From positions 1,568,001-1,632,000 of the forward strand of contig CAVXXK010000001.1 in assembly GCA_963765675.1 (NCBI GenBank): a DNA stretch of 64,000 bases, given 5' to 3'. Shown piece by piece: positions 10,926 to 20,433 of this stretch. A program made the translations under genes and the position numbers. The notes beneath the pieces are model-generated. The model saw only the letters and a list, made by a program, of their open reading frames with translations, was not told where the DNA came from and did not search any database. The DNA comes from an uncultured delta proteobacterium. Lineage in GTDB: Bacteria > Desulfobacterota > Binatia > Binatales > Binataceae. The stretch's first letter is position 1; each line of letters starts with the position of its first letter.

Positions 10926-11447
10926 TTACGGGGTTTTGCCGGGCGATCCGGTGGTGACTCCGGGCGCCGGACCGGAGCTCTCGTCGGTCGAGACGGCCTG
11001 CACCGGCTGTCCGGCGGCCGCACAATCGCTGGCGGTGAGTTTTTTTGCGCTGAATTCGCGTGCGATTCGATCGAGAATCACGGCGCTGCGCGCAGGCGAT
11101 TGATTGCCAGCCAGTTTGAACAGCTCGGCCGCGTTTTTCGCGGCCGCGTCGGCGTCGGAATCCGTCTTCGGGATACCGTAAATCTGAAAGACGCGGCACA
11201 GCGATTGAAGCCCGTCATTGCGATCGGATGCGCTGAGCACCGCCGCGTCCTCGCCCGGCTCGGAAGGTCCTTGTACGCCGCGACTGCTCGAGAACATCCC
11301 GCTCACTCCGCGCAGCGCGGCCAGCACGACGATCACAATCACTGCGATCACGGCGCCGCGCCCAGCCTTCTGGCCGGGCGAAAGCTCGCTCCATGGGATG
11401 AGCTCGATTCCTTTGCGTTGTGGCGGTTGCGAGGCCGTATCGTTCAC
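10926..11447 (-). CDS. Hypothetical single-pass membrane protein
   Basis: One hydrophobic helix followed by a soluble domain with two Cys; fills the gap. Confidence 0.6.
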   Translation of the reverse strand: MNDTASQPPQRKGIELIPWSELSPGQKAGRGAVIAVIVIVVLAALRGVSGMFSSSRGVQGPSEPGEDAAVLSASDRNDGLQSLCRVFQIYGIPKTDSDADAAAKNAAELFKLAGNQSPARSAVILDRIAREFSAKKLTASDCAAAGQPVQAVSTDESSGPAPGVTTGSPGKTP

Positions 11448-11602
11448 CCGCGGGCGCAGGAGCTCGCGCGATCGTAATGGAAGATCATGCTATCAGCGCG
11501 CTCCGAAATTCCAGCACGGTACCCAAGAAAGCTACATCGCACGGTATCAAAGTCAATACGACCCGCGAATTCCCCGTCTGGCCACGAATGATTCCAGTGC
11601 GC

Positions 11603-11998
11603 CTATTTCACCGCGTCGAGGAACCGCTGCGTGTCCACGTACTCGCGGATGCGGCGAATTTTTCCAGCCTCGATCTCGAAGATGAAGCAGTACTCGTTTT
11701 CGTAGTCTTTTCCGTTGCTGACCTTGCCGCGATTCGTCATCTCGACGATCACCGTGTCGCCGTCGCAATAGATTTTCCGGAACTCGCTCTTGAGTCCCTG
11801 CGGGAAAGTCGAGCCGATTCCCGACATGAAGCTCACGATCTCGTCCTTGCCCTTTTTGATTCCGGAAGTTCCCGGCAAATTTCCGGGGACCAGCCAGCTC
11901 ACGTTGTCGGCCATGTTTGCGAAGGCAGCCTTAAGGTCGCCCTTGCCGAACGCCGCCCAGGTCTGCTTGATGAGTTCCTTGTTCTGCTCCGGCGTCAT
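11603..11998 (-). CDS. SnoaL-like/NTF2 family protein
   Basis: NKELIKQTWAAFGKGD, GDTVIVE, YENEYCFIF, IREYVDT; AGGAG RBS. Confidence 0.88.
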   Translation of the reverse strand: MTPEQNKELIKQTWAAFGKGDLKAAFANMADNVSWLVPGNLPGTSGIKKGKDEIVSFMSGIGSTFPQGLKSEFRKIYCDGDTVIVEMTNRGKVSNGKDYENEYCFIFEIEAGKIRRIREYVDTQRFLDAVK

Positions 11999-12162
11999 CG
12001 CTGATGCTCCTTGTCCGAAATCGGTCGATTCAATCGCATTCAACAAATATCGCGTTTCACCCGGCCGAGGCTATCAGGATGCGCGGGCGAAAAAATCGCG
12101 CCGCCGCCGTCGCTGACACTGGCGCGAACACCTGCCATACTTCAACGCGGAGCGGGCGACGG

Positions 12163-12516
12163 ATGCATTCACGGCATCTTCTCAGAGCTGCGATAAAGTC
12201 GGTGTCAGCCGTCGCGCTGATGCTGATACTTTCGATTGCGCTGGCAATTTTGGCGACGCCCGCGCGCGCGCAGGACGATTCGTCCCAGAGTTCAGATTCC
12301 GCGTATCAAGACGCCCAGACCGTCCCGAACACCGACATGTCCAGTCCGGATTCGGGCGACGACGGCCAGAGCGTCAGCATACCGATTCCGGGAGGCGGTG
12401 AGGTAACCGCTGACGGTCCCGCCTCCGATCAGCAGGAGTCGCCTCCCGGCCAGAACTGGAGCACAGACAGCGAGCAGCCCAACAGCGTCGGCGGCGGCGC
12501 GGGAAACCCGCAATAG
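12163..12516 (+). CDS. Secreted acidic low-complexity hypothetical protein
   Basis: Signal peptide ending ARA-Q; Ser/Asp/Gln-rich mature region. Confidence 0.6.
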   Translation: MHSRHLLRAAIKSVSAVALMLILSIALAILATPARAQDDSSQSSDSAYQDAQTVPNTDMSSPDSGDDGQSVSIPIPGGGEVTADGPASDQQESPPGQNWSTDSEQPNSVGGGAGNPQ

Positions 12517-12598
12517 CGGCTGCTCGACAATCTCGCGTGAGAATTCGTTCCCTTTTTCTCCGACATCGCCCATCCCACTGAACTGCTTTCGCGAGTGA

Positions 12599-12787
12599 CG
12601 AGATTCCTCGCGATCCGCGCCGCGCGAGACGATCTGCGCGCGAGACGATCTGTATGACGCGAAACTCGCGGTAGACTCGCGCTCGGAATGACAGTTTCCG
12701 CGTATCTGGTGTCATTCCGAGCGCGAGCGGTCGGTTAGGTATCGCCGGGCGTGTCACGTCGAGTGGCAGGCGTCGCGAGGAATCTCG
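12599..12787. repeat. Nested inverted-repeat element (REP-like)
   Basis: 15-bp IR CGAGATTCCTCGCGA at 12599-12613/12773-12787; 18-bp IR CTCGCGCTCGGAATGACA at 12676-12693/12710-12727; 16-bp tandem duplication at 12621-12652. Confidence 0.85.
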
Positions 12788-12854
12788 CCACCCGCGAAAG
12801 CAGCCATCGCAATGAGCCGCGCAAAGTCGCGCGGACAAGAAAAGGGTCTAGCCG

Positions 12855-13493
12855 CTACATCCCGGAGGTGAAGACATAGCCGCCCAATTGCGCGGAATAG
12901 ACTCCCGACGCCTCGGTGGATTGCTCGCCGGCTTGCGGCGGTGTCACCGCCTGATCGTTCCAGGTGAATGACTTCGCGCCGGTCTGGCGCCTTATCGTTG
13001 TTATCTCCACGGTGCTGGCGGTGGCATCAAATGAGAACGATATATCGACCGAGTCGGTGATGATCGGCTCTCCCGCCGAGAACGCGGCCGCGTTGTCGAT
13101 CGAAATCGGCGCGCGATCCGGATGGAAATAGACCGTGCGCGTGCCGCGCGCACGACCGGGGAGGCGGGTATTGTCGCCCGCTCGCGAGGTCACGACAAAA
13201 TCGATTTGGTAGGTGAACAATCCTTCGCCGAAGTCGCCGCTCGGATCGGTGTGCGCGAAGGGCCATCCGTGGATTATCCCGCGAATCGTTCCGCGCTGGG
13301 CTCCTGCGTTCGAGTCCGCGAGCGTCATCACGGCGCTCGGCGCGTCCGCCTTGTAAACCTGACGCTCAATTATGGGAAAAGGGCCGCCGCTGACGATATC
13401 GCCCGATTCCGCCGGGATCATCCCGCCGCATCCCGCAATCAGCAGCGCCAGCCCCAACCCGAACATCCTGCACTCAAACGGTCGCATCACCAT
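12855..13493 (-). CDS. Hypothetical lipoprotein
   Basis: LALLIAGC lipobox; purine-rich RBS; exact start uncertain (13493, 13487 or 13466). Confidence 0.65.
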   Translation of the reverse strand: MVMRPFECRMFGLGLALLIAGCGGMIPAESGDIVSGGPFPIIERQVYKADAPSAVMTLADSNAGAQRGTIRGIIHGWPFAHTDPSGDFGEGLFTYQIDFVVTSRAGDNTRLPGRARGTRTVYFHPDRAPISIDNAAAFSAGEPIITDSVDISFSFDATASTVEITTIRRQTGAKSFTWNDQAVTPPQAGEQSTEASGVYSAQLGGYVFTSGM

Positions 13494-13527
13494 CCACCCT
13501 TCCCCCTCCTCCGCGATCCCCGCGGTT

Positions 13528-14658
13528 TCAGTACGCCGCTTCGAGCAGTGCGACCAACTCGCGCTCGGTGACTTCGCGACCCACCACGTTCGAGGCCGCA
13601 ACCTCCGCCAGCACCGTGGCCGCGATCCGGCCAATCTCCTCGTGCGGAACGCCGACGTCGCGCAGGCGCGTTGGGACCTCGAACTGCTTGATGAATTGCG
13701 CCGCTCGATCCGCGCACTCAAGCGCGGCGGCGCGCGGCTTGGCGGCGTCGAAGCGCAGCCCGAAGCCTTGCGCGATCGCGCCGAAACGCTCGGGCGCGAT
13801 GCCCGCCATGAACCGCATTACATGCGGCAGCGTGATGCACGAGGTAATTCCGTGCGGCACGTTCCAGTAGGGTCCGATCTGATGGCCGAGCGCGTGGGAA
13901 ATTCCCGCACGCGTATTCGTCATCCCGAAGATCGAAAGCCACGCCGCGAGCTGGCATTGCATCCGATGCTCCGTCTGCTCGGGACCCGCCGTCGCCATCG
14001 AGGGCCGCAGATGCGCCACCAGCATCGCGATCGCTTTCGCGCACAGCGTGTCGGTTACGACCTGCCGCCGCGTCGAGTACGACGACTCGACGGCGTGGTC
14101 GAGCGCGCGCATCCCGGTGGAGGCCCACAGCCACGCGGGAGTCTCCGCGGTCAGGTCGGGATCGAGAATCACAGTGCGCGGCTGCACGCGCGGATCTCCG
14201 GTGCCGCCTTTGTGCCGCGTGGCCTCGTCGGTCATGCCACCGAACGCGGTGAACTCGGCGGCGGAGAGCGTAGTTGGAATCGCGATATGAACCGTTTCGC
14301 GCGCGAGACTGCCCTTCAGGAGCCGCACTCCCGCGATTTTCGCCATGTCGATCGGGCTGCCGCCGCCGAAGCTGACGAAGGCGTCGGCCTCGAGGCGAAC
14401 GGCGTCGGCGACCAGCGCGTCCACGGTTTTCGACGGCACGTGCTGCGCCGCTCCGGTGAAGGCTCCCGCCAGTGCGCTGCCCGCGGCGTGTTTGACGCTC
14501 TCGAGCAGGCGCGACGCGCCCAGAGATTTGCCGGTCACGATCAACGCGCGTCGGACGCCCCGCCGGGAGAGCTCCTCGCCTAGCGCCGCGATCTTCCCGG
14601 CGCCGAAGATCACGCTTTCAAGATTGCTGAACCGATAGACGCCTGCGGTTTGATCCAT
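13528..14658 (-). CDS. Iron-containing alcohol dehydrogenase family protein
   Basis: GGGSPID, IPTTLS, ALDHAVE, HALGHQIG...VPHG. Confidence 0.92.
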   Translation of the reverse strand: MDQTAGVYRFSNLESVIFGAGKIAALGEELSRRGVRRALIVTGKSLGASRLLESVKHAAGSALAGAFTGAAQHVPSKTVDALVADAVRLEADAFVSFGGGSPIDMAKIAGVRLLKGSLARETVHIAIPTTLSAAEFTAFGGMTDEATRHKGGTGDPRVQPRTVILDPDLTAETPAWLWASTGMRALDHAVESSYSTRRQVVTDTLCAKAIAMLVAHLRPSMATAGPEQTEHRMQCQLAAWLSIFGMTNTRAGISHALGHQIGPYWNVPHGITSCITLPHVMRFMAGIAPERFGAIAQGFGLRFDAAKPRAAALECADRAAQFIKQFEVPTRLRDVGVPHEEIGRIAATVLAEVAASNVVGREVTERELVALLEAAY

Positions 14659-14706
14659 CGCTGTTCCTTCGCGGCTCTTCAGCCTGCTGTTGGCTGAGAA
14701 TCCGAT

Positions 14707-14760
14707 GGCAAAATCCTACGGCAAAACTCTACGGCAAAACTCTACGGCAAAACTCTACGG
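14707..14760. repeat. 13-bp tandem repeat (GGCAAAACTCTAC) x4
   Basis: One variant copy plus three perfect copies; the last overlaps the L,D-transpeptidase stop codon. Confidence 0.9.
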
Positions 14761-15633
14761 ATTGATAATAACGACCGTACCAATTGGCAGTATCCGGTGA
14801 AGCTCCCCCACGTCGCGGTTGTCGATCGAGATGCACCCCGTAGTCCAGTTGATATCGCCCGCATTGAGCAGCGGCACGTCGGTGCCGTGGATTCCAATCG
14901 ACCCGCCCTCACCGACTACACGGCCGTCGCGGGCGCCCGGAGCCAGGTCGTCGGGGCGTAACGCAGCGTATCGCAATCGATCGATCGCGTTTGGGTAGTC
15001 GAGCGTCAAAAACCAGTGCCAGCGCGCGCTCGGATGCTTTCCGCTGATCACGTAAACGCCCTCGGGCGTGCGCCGGTCTCCTTCATAGAGTTTGGTCCCA
15101 TGCTCGCGCGAGCGGCCAAACACGGCGTGGTAATCCCTGAACAGCTCGCCCTTGTAATAGACGTCAAGCTGATGGCGCGATTTGAAGACCATCACCGCCC
15201 AATTCGCCGGATCCTGATACGATCCGTCGCGCGTATGATAGTAGGCACGCTCGCCCGCGCTGAGCGCCTGAGCCGGAACATGATGGTCTTGCGCCGGTGC
15301 TCCGGTTCCAGCGCAGCACCTCGCTGACGGCGCTGCTGGCGAGGGGTTCGCGGCCGGCGACTCGCCCGCGGATGGCGATGCCTGTGCGGCGGCGTGCTCG
15401 ACCTGGAAGGCTGCTGTGCCCGGCTGTGGCGCCCATTCCGTGGAGGTCGGGGGAGAAATTTCGGCCGCGGGCGACGGGATCGGAGAAGAAGCAGTGGTTA
15501 TCGCCGTCGTGGCCGCCGGCGAGGACTGTTGTTGCGCGGACAGGGAATTCGGCAATATCGCGAGGGCCGCGAGCATCAGGATCGCGATCGCGCCAGCGCG
15601 CATTCGTATCGCGAATCGGTTCACGCGTAGCAT
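14755..15633 (-). CDS. L,D-transpeptidase (YkuD) family protein
   Basis: EGDRRTPEG, IGIHG...TTGCI catalytic motif; signal peptide and Ser/Pro/Ala linker. Confidence 0.88.
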   Translation of the reverse strand: MLRVNRFAIRMRAGAIAILMLAALAILPNSLSAQQQSSPAATTAITTASSPIPSPAAEISPPTSTEWAPQPGTAAFQVEHAAAQASPSAGESPAANPSPAAPSARCCAGTGAPAQDHHVPAQALSAGERAYYHTRDGSYQDPANWAVMVFKSRHQLDVYYKGELFRDYHAVFGRSREHGTKLYEGDRRTPEGVYVISGKHPSARWHWFLTLDYPNAIDRLRYAALRPDDLAPGARDGRVVGEGGSIGIHGTDVPLLNAGDINWTTGCISIDNRDVGELHRILPIGTVVIINP

Positions 15634-15746
15634 ATCTTTGGCCGCATCATCCTCTCGAGGTCTATTTTGAAAACGCCATCGTCCCGCGTCAATTATAAGT
15701 GAAGCGCAAATCCTCGCGGATACTATGCGAGAGGAGAGAATACACG

Positions 15747-16262
15747 ATGGAGACCAATCTTGCGCGCGCGATGACGGCGCTTACGACCGGAATCTACGTG
15801 CTGACGGTGGCCGACGGCGCACGACGCCACGGGATGTCGTCGTCGTGGGTGACCCAGGTCTCGGGCGAACCGCCTCTGGTGATGGCGTCGGTCGATAGCA
15901 ACCACTTCACCGCCGGAATAATCGCCCGCACCGGAGCTTTCGGGTTGAACGTCGTCGGCGCACGCGGCCGCGAGCTCGAGGACTACTTCTACTCGGCGCG
16001 TTCGCGTCGCCCCGACAATCTGGAAGACCTCAACTACTCGCTCTCGCCGACGCTCGGCGTCCCATGGCTCGGCCTCGCGGCGATCTCGCTCGAAGCGCGG
16101 GTGATCCAGAGCGTCCTGGCGGGTGACCACACGCTGCACATTGCGGAACCGGTAAGAGTACGAATAGCCGCCGGCGATCGTCCGTTGACCTCGCTCGATC
16201 TCGACTACGTCTACGTCGGCGGCACGCAGGTAATAGCCCGCGACCGCACCGGCTGGGATTGA
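15747..16262 (+). CDS. Flavin reductase family protein
   Basis: TGIYVLT, SWVTQVSGEPP, AGDHTL. Confidence 0.88.
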   Translation: METNLARAMTALTTGIYVLTVADGARRHGMSSSWVTQVSGEPPLVMASVDSNHFTAGIIARTGAFGLNVVGARGRELEDYFYSARSRRPDNLEDLNYSLSPTLGVPWLGLAAISLEARVIQSVLAGDHTLHIAEPVRVRIAAGDRPLTSLDLDYVYVGGTQVIARDRTGWD

Positions 16263-16356
16263 GACGGCTATCTAGTCGTCCAGAGAAGATTCAGCGCTCT
16301 AAATTGACGCGCTTGGAAATCGTCTGATAGCATCCGCGCGCGGAGAGCTTTTTGCG

Positions 16357-16833
16357 ATGCCGATTGAAAAAAATGAACTGCGCCGCGTGATGGGTCATTT
16401 TGCCACCGGCGTTACCGTCATCACTTCCCTTCGCGCGTCAGGCGAGATGCACGGCCTGACCGCGAACGCATTCTCCTCGGTCTCGCTCGTGCCGCCGTTG
16501 CTGCTGATTTGCGTGGATAAGAAGGCCGAGAGCTATCCGTGCTTCGAAGAGAGCAAGGTTTTCACCGTCAATATCCTGTCGGCAGAGCAAGAGGCGCTGT
16601 CACGAAAATTCGCGGTCAGCGGAGGCAACAAGTTCGAGGGCGTCAGCTATCGGCTTGGCGCCAACGGCGCGCCGATTCTCGACGGCTCGATCGCGTATCT
16701 AGAATGCAGGCTCTCCGGCAGCATGGACGCCGGTGACCATACGGTCTATCTGGGCGAGATCGAGCAGGCCGAGACGCACGAGGCGAAGCCGCTGCTGTTC
16801 TTCCGGGGCGGCTATCGTGAACTCGGCGACTAG
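16357..16833 (+). CDS. Flavin reductase family protein (HpaC-like)
   Basis: FATGVTVIT, TANAFSSVSLVPPL, AGDHTVYLG, PLLFFRGGY. Confidence 0.92.
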   Translation: MPIEKNELRRVMGHFATGVTVITSLRASGEMHGLTANAFSSVSLVPPLLLICVDKKAESYPCFEESKVFTVNILSAEQEALSRKFAVSGGNKFEGVSYRLGANGAPILDGSIAYLECRLSGSMDAGDHTVYLGEIEQAETHEAKPLLFFRGGYRELGD

Positions 16834-16894
16834 TTGCACGCTGATTCCTGTGAGCGCCGGCGCCTACCACCCCCGCTCGCGCTGAAAATCCCTT

Positions 16895-17614
16895 GTGGCT
16901 GCATCACTTCCAGGACTGAGCGTCTTCCTGCCCTCGCATAACGAGGAGGAAAATGTCGAACGCGTAGTCCGTGGTTACCTGGTTGAGCTGCCAAACGTTG
17001 CCGCCGACTACGAGGTGATCGTCGTCAACGACGGCAGCCGCGATCGCACCGCCGAGGTCGCTGCCCGCCTTGCGGCAGAAAATCCTCACGTCAAGGTCGT
17101 CAATCACGAGGTTAATCGCGGCTATGGCGGCGCGGTTATCTCGGGAATCCGTGCGGCCTCGATGCCCTATGTAATGCTGTCGGACGGCGACGGCCAGTTC
17201 GATCCCAAAGATGTCGAAAAACTCGCGGCGTTCATGCCCGAATTCGACGTGGTCGTCGGCCGCCGAGCGCGTCGCGCCGACCACCTGATTCGCAGGATCA
17301 ACGGGAAGGCGTGGACGCTTCTGGTCCGCGTCGTGCTGGGCGTGACGATCACCGATATCGATTGCGGCTTCAAGATGTTCAAGCGCGAGTTGCTCGAGGG
17401 GATGGAGTTGCGGGCGCACGGCGCGATGATCTCGACCGAACTGATGGCGCGGCTTATGGGCCGCGGCGCGCGAATCAAGGAGGTCGATGTACAGCATCTG
17501 CCGCGTACCGCGGGCGAGCAGAGCGGGGCGAACCTTCGGGTCGTGATGCGTGCGTTTCGAGAGCTGTTCGTCCTATATGCAGAGCTTCGCGCCGAGCGCC
17601 GGCGTCAGCCTTAA
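16895..17614 (+). CDS. GT2 glycosyltransferase (Dpm1-like)
   Basis: PSHNEEEN, VVNDGSRDRT, NRGYGGA, DGDGQF, DIDCGFK. Confidence 0.9.
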   Translation: MAASLPGLSVFLPSHNEEENVERVVRGYLVELPNVAADYEVIVVNDGSRDRTAEVAARLAAENPHVKVVNHEVNRGYGGAVISGIRAASMPYVMLSDGDGQFDPKDVEKLAAFMPEFDVVVGRRARRADHLIRRINGKAWTLLVRVVLGVTITDIDCGFKMFKRELLEGMELRAHGAMISTELMARLMGRGARIKEVDVQHLPRTAGEQSGANLRVVMRAFRELFVLYAELRAERRRQP

Positions 17615-17705
17615 ACGGGATATCGCGATAGACCGATTCGTTTAGCGTGGCCGCGCGGCCCAGGAAATCGCCACGATTCTCAAGTGCTTTACCCTATTGC
17701 GCCGA

Positions 17706-17721
17706 TGGCACGGCAATGGCT
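17706..17721 (+). promoter_or_regulatory. Candidate sigma-54 (-24/-12) promoter
   Basis: TGGCACGGCAATGGCT, one mismatch to TGGCACGNNNNTTGCW, about 60 nt before the ATG at 17783. Confidence 0.45.
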
Positions 17722-17782
17722 ATATGCTTTGCGAATATTGGCCCAATAAAGGGCCTCAAAGGTTCAAGGAGACCACAGTACC

Positions 17783-18037
17783 ATGAAGCGTACCCTTTCG
17801 ATTCTTTCCGCCGTCGTATTCGCTGCCTCGATGGCGGTACCAGCGTTCGCGCAAGCCCCGGCTGCGGCGGGCGCGGCTGATTCGGCGGCCCCTGCGGCGG
17901 CATCGAGCCCGTCTGCGACGAAGCATCATCATTCTCATCATCACAAGGCCAAGAAGAGCGGGACAGATTCGAGCTCGGGTTCCGGTGCGAGCAATGCGGG
18001 CGCTCCAGCCTCGGCAGCCAGCCCGGCGGCGAACTAA
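17783..18037 (+). CDS. Small secreted Ala-rich protein with His/Lys patch
   Basis: AAGGAG RBS, signal peptide ending AFA, KHHHSHHHKAKK. Confidence 0.78.
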   Translation: MKRTLSILSAVVFAASMAVPAFAQAPAAAGAADSAAPAAASSPSATKHHHSHHHKAKKSGTDSSSGSGASNAGAPASAASPAAN

Positions 18038-18063
18038 TCGACTAGCGATCTTGATCCAATCCG

Positions 18064-18098
18064 CCGGAGGACGGCCCGACCGTCCTCCGGTTTTCTTT
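18064..18098 (+). terminator. Rho-independent terminator
   Basis: CCGGAGGACGG-loop-CCGTCCTCCGG followed by TTTTCTTT. Confidence 0.8.
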
Positions 18099-18247
18099 GC
18101 GCGAGGTCCGGACCGACTCCGGCGGGGTGCCCAGCGACCGAATCGGCGCACGATAACGCGTCCAAACTCATTTCACTCGTTTTACTGCCTCAATTTTCCT
18201 GCTAAATTCATCATTGCGCCTGAATTCATACGGGAGCAGGCGCTTGC

Positions 18248-18961
18248 GTGTTGCCAAATCGCCGCGGCTGGGCCCTGATTCTTAGCTTGCTGATCGCGCT
18301 GGTTTTCCAGATGCGAACGGTGGCCCGCGCGAGCATTTCGCAACCCTCCTCGGACCCGCAGGTCTGCGATCCCCTCGCCGATTATTTCCTCGGTATGGAA
18401 GATTACCCCGAGGCAATTCGCCGCCATCGAGCCGTCATCCAGCAACATCCGGGGAACGCTCTGGCGCACTATCATCTCGGCTTCGCCTACGGCCTGATGG
18501 GGGAGCATCAACTCGAGCTCAGCGAGTATCAGAGGGCGATCAGTCTCGGACTTGATGACTGGCAGTTATTCTTGAACCTGGGCCTTCTCTATCTGGACAA
18601 CGGGCAGTTGCGCGACGCGACCGAGGTTCTGCGCCTGGCAACGCTGCTCGGCCCGGATCATCCGGAGCCGCATTTCAATCTTGGACTCGCCTATGAGAAG
18701 CGCGGGATGCTTGAGTCGGCGGAGCAGCAGATGCTGCTCTCGCTCGAAATCGATCCCGACCAGGTGGACGCGCACAACACTCTTGGCGCAATCTACGCGG
18801 AAGAGGGCAAGTACATGCGCGCCAGCCAGGAATGGAACGAGATCGTGCAGGCCAATCCCGATTACGCGCCCGCGCGCGCAAATTTGAACATCCTGGAGCG
18901 CGTCGAGCGCGGCCAGATTCGCAATACTTCCGCGCCCGACGGCTTTGCCGGTGAGCGCTAG
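18248..18961 (+). CDS. Secreted tetratricopeptide repeat protein
   Basis: Repeated AHYHLGFAY / LNLGLLY / HFNLGLAY / AHNTLGAIY units; signal peptide. Confidence 0.85.
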   Translation: MLPNRRGWALILSLLIALVFQMRTVARASISQPSSDPQVCDPLADYFLGMEDYPEAIRRHRAVIQQHPGNALAHYHLGFAYGLMGEHQLELSEYQRAISLGLDDWQLFLNLGLLYLDNGQLRDATEVLRLATLLGPDHPEPHFNLGLAYEKRGMLESAEQQMLLSLEIDPDQVDAHNTLGAIYAEEGKYMRASQEWNEIVQANPDYAPARANLNILERVERGQIRNTSAPDGFAGER

Positions 18962-19007
18962 CCCTCGCGGCAAAGACGATAGCGCGCTTTCGCGAAAGAA
19001 GAGGCAG

Positions 19008-20273
19008 GTGGTGGAACAGGTGGTGGCTTCAGATGGGTGGAAGAAAGTCTTTCGCGTGGCGGCGGCCGCCGCTTGCGTGATCGCGCTGGCGGCCTTGTCG
19101 CCGGGCAGCGCGCGTGCGTCGGTGCGGCATCATCATAGGCACGCGGTTACCAAACGCGCGCCAACGCATACCGCCGTCGAGCCATACAAGGGCGCGCTTT
19201 TAGAAGACGCCGACAGCGGCAAGGTCCTCTACGAAGACAACCCCGACATGGAATGGCCGCCGGCCTCGATGGCCAAGATGACGCTGCTGCTGGTCGCCGA
19301 AGATCAGATTAAAGCCGGCCGCGTGCATCTGACCGATCCGGTCCGAATTTCCGAACGTTCAGCGCATACGATGGGCTCAAGGCTGGGATTGGTCGAGGGA
19401 CAGGTGTATCCGCTCGGCGAACTGATGAAGGCGGCGCTGATCAAGTCGGCCAATGATGCTGCCGTAGCAGTGGCGGAGAAAATCGGCGGCTCGGTCGAGG
19501 CGACGGTGCGGATGATGAATCTGCGGGCCAAAAGCCTCGGGATGGATCACACGGAATATCACACGGTTGATGGCTTGCCGCCGCGTCCGGCCCACGACGT
19601 TGACCGTACCAGCGCGCGCGACCTGGCAACTGTCGCTCGCGCGATTATTCGCAGCACCAATCTTCTCCAGTGGTCGAGCCTCGAACAAACCGATTTCGAT
19701 GGCGGTGTCTGCATGCTGCATACCACCAACCATTTGATCGGACACTTCGAAGGATGCGACGGACTCAAGACCGGATTTACGTTTCAGGCGGGCTTCAACG
19801 TGACCGCGACCGCACGACGCGGCAATATGCGCCTGATTGCGGTGGTGCTGGGTGCGCCGTCCAACCCGCAGCGCTTCGCGCAGGCGGCCAAGCTGCTCGA
19901 ATGGGGTTTCGATCACTATACGGCGGTCTCGCTCCTGAAATCCGGCCAGCCGCTGCCGGTCCAGGTGCAAGCCGAGTCAGGGAAAATGATCCAGCCGATT
20001 GCCGCAACCGATCTGAGAGTCGTACTGCCCAAGGACGACGTCGGATCGCTCAAGGTCACCTATCAGGTGCCGAACGCGGTCAGCGGTCCGATTACCAGCG
20101 GCGAGACTTTGGGGCGTGTAGTTGCCCGCGATCGCGGCGAAGAGATCTCAGAAACCGCGGCGGTGAGCCCGATCGCGGTGGGCGCGCCAGTGGCGGCGCA
20201 GGACTCCGACGGCTGGAGTCCGCCACGTCCGACTGCATACAATGAGTCGGCTGGAATCCAGGAGTCCCAATGA
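19008..20273 (+). CDS. D-alanyl-D-alanine carboxypeptidase (peptidase S11)
   Basis: PASMAK (SxxK), SAN (SxN), KTG motifs; start approximate. Confidence 0.9.
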   Translation: MVEQVVASDGWKKVFRVAAAAACVIALAALSPGSARASVRHHHRHAVTKRAPTHTAVEPYKGALLEDADSGKVLYEDNPDMEWPPASMAKMTLLLVAEDQIKAGRVHLTDPVRISERSAHTMGSRLGLVEGQVYPLGELMKAALIKSANDAAVAVAEKIGGSVEATVRMMNLRAKSLGMDHTEYHTVDGLPPRPAHDVDRTSARDLATVARAIIRSTNLLQWSSLEQTDFDGGVCMLHTTNHLIGHFEGCDGLKTGFTFQAGFNVTATARRGNMRLIAVVLGAPSNPQRFAQAAKLLEWGFDHYTAVSLLKSGQPLPVQVQAESGKMIQPIAATDLRVVLPKDDVGSLKVTYQVPNAVSGPITSGETLGRVVARDRGEEISETAAVSPIAVGAPVAAQDSDGWSPPRPTAYNESAGIQESQ

Positions 20274-20395
20274 AAATAGCTTCCAAAATCCGCAATCGCC
20301 GCAATCGCAAACTCGCCCGCAAGCGGCGCACCAACCCGGTCCAGGCCAAGTCGCGCCTGCGCAGGATGCGCCGCAGCCGAATCCGCGGCAAGTAG
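20270..20395 (+). CDS. Uncalled 41-aa Arg/Lys-rich small protein
   Basis: MKIASKIRNRRNRKLARKRRTNPVQAKSRLRRMRRSRIRGK; ATGA overlap with the upstream stop; GGAG at 20261-20264. Confidence 0.6.
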   Translation: MKIASKIRNRRNRKLARKRRTNPVQAKSRLRRMRRSRIRGK

Positions 20396-20433
20396 TGAAA
20401 AGAATTTCCGTGTCATGCCGGAGGGTGGCATCG

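Noticed and set aside
14707-14760. Tandem repeat as a CRISPR array
   Set aside because: 13-bp units with no spacers and no cas genes
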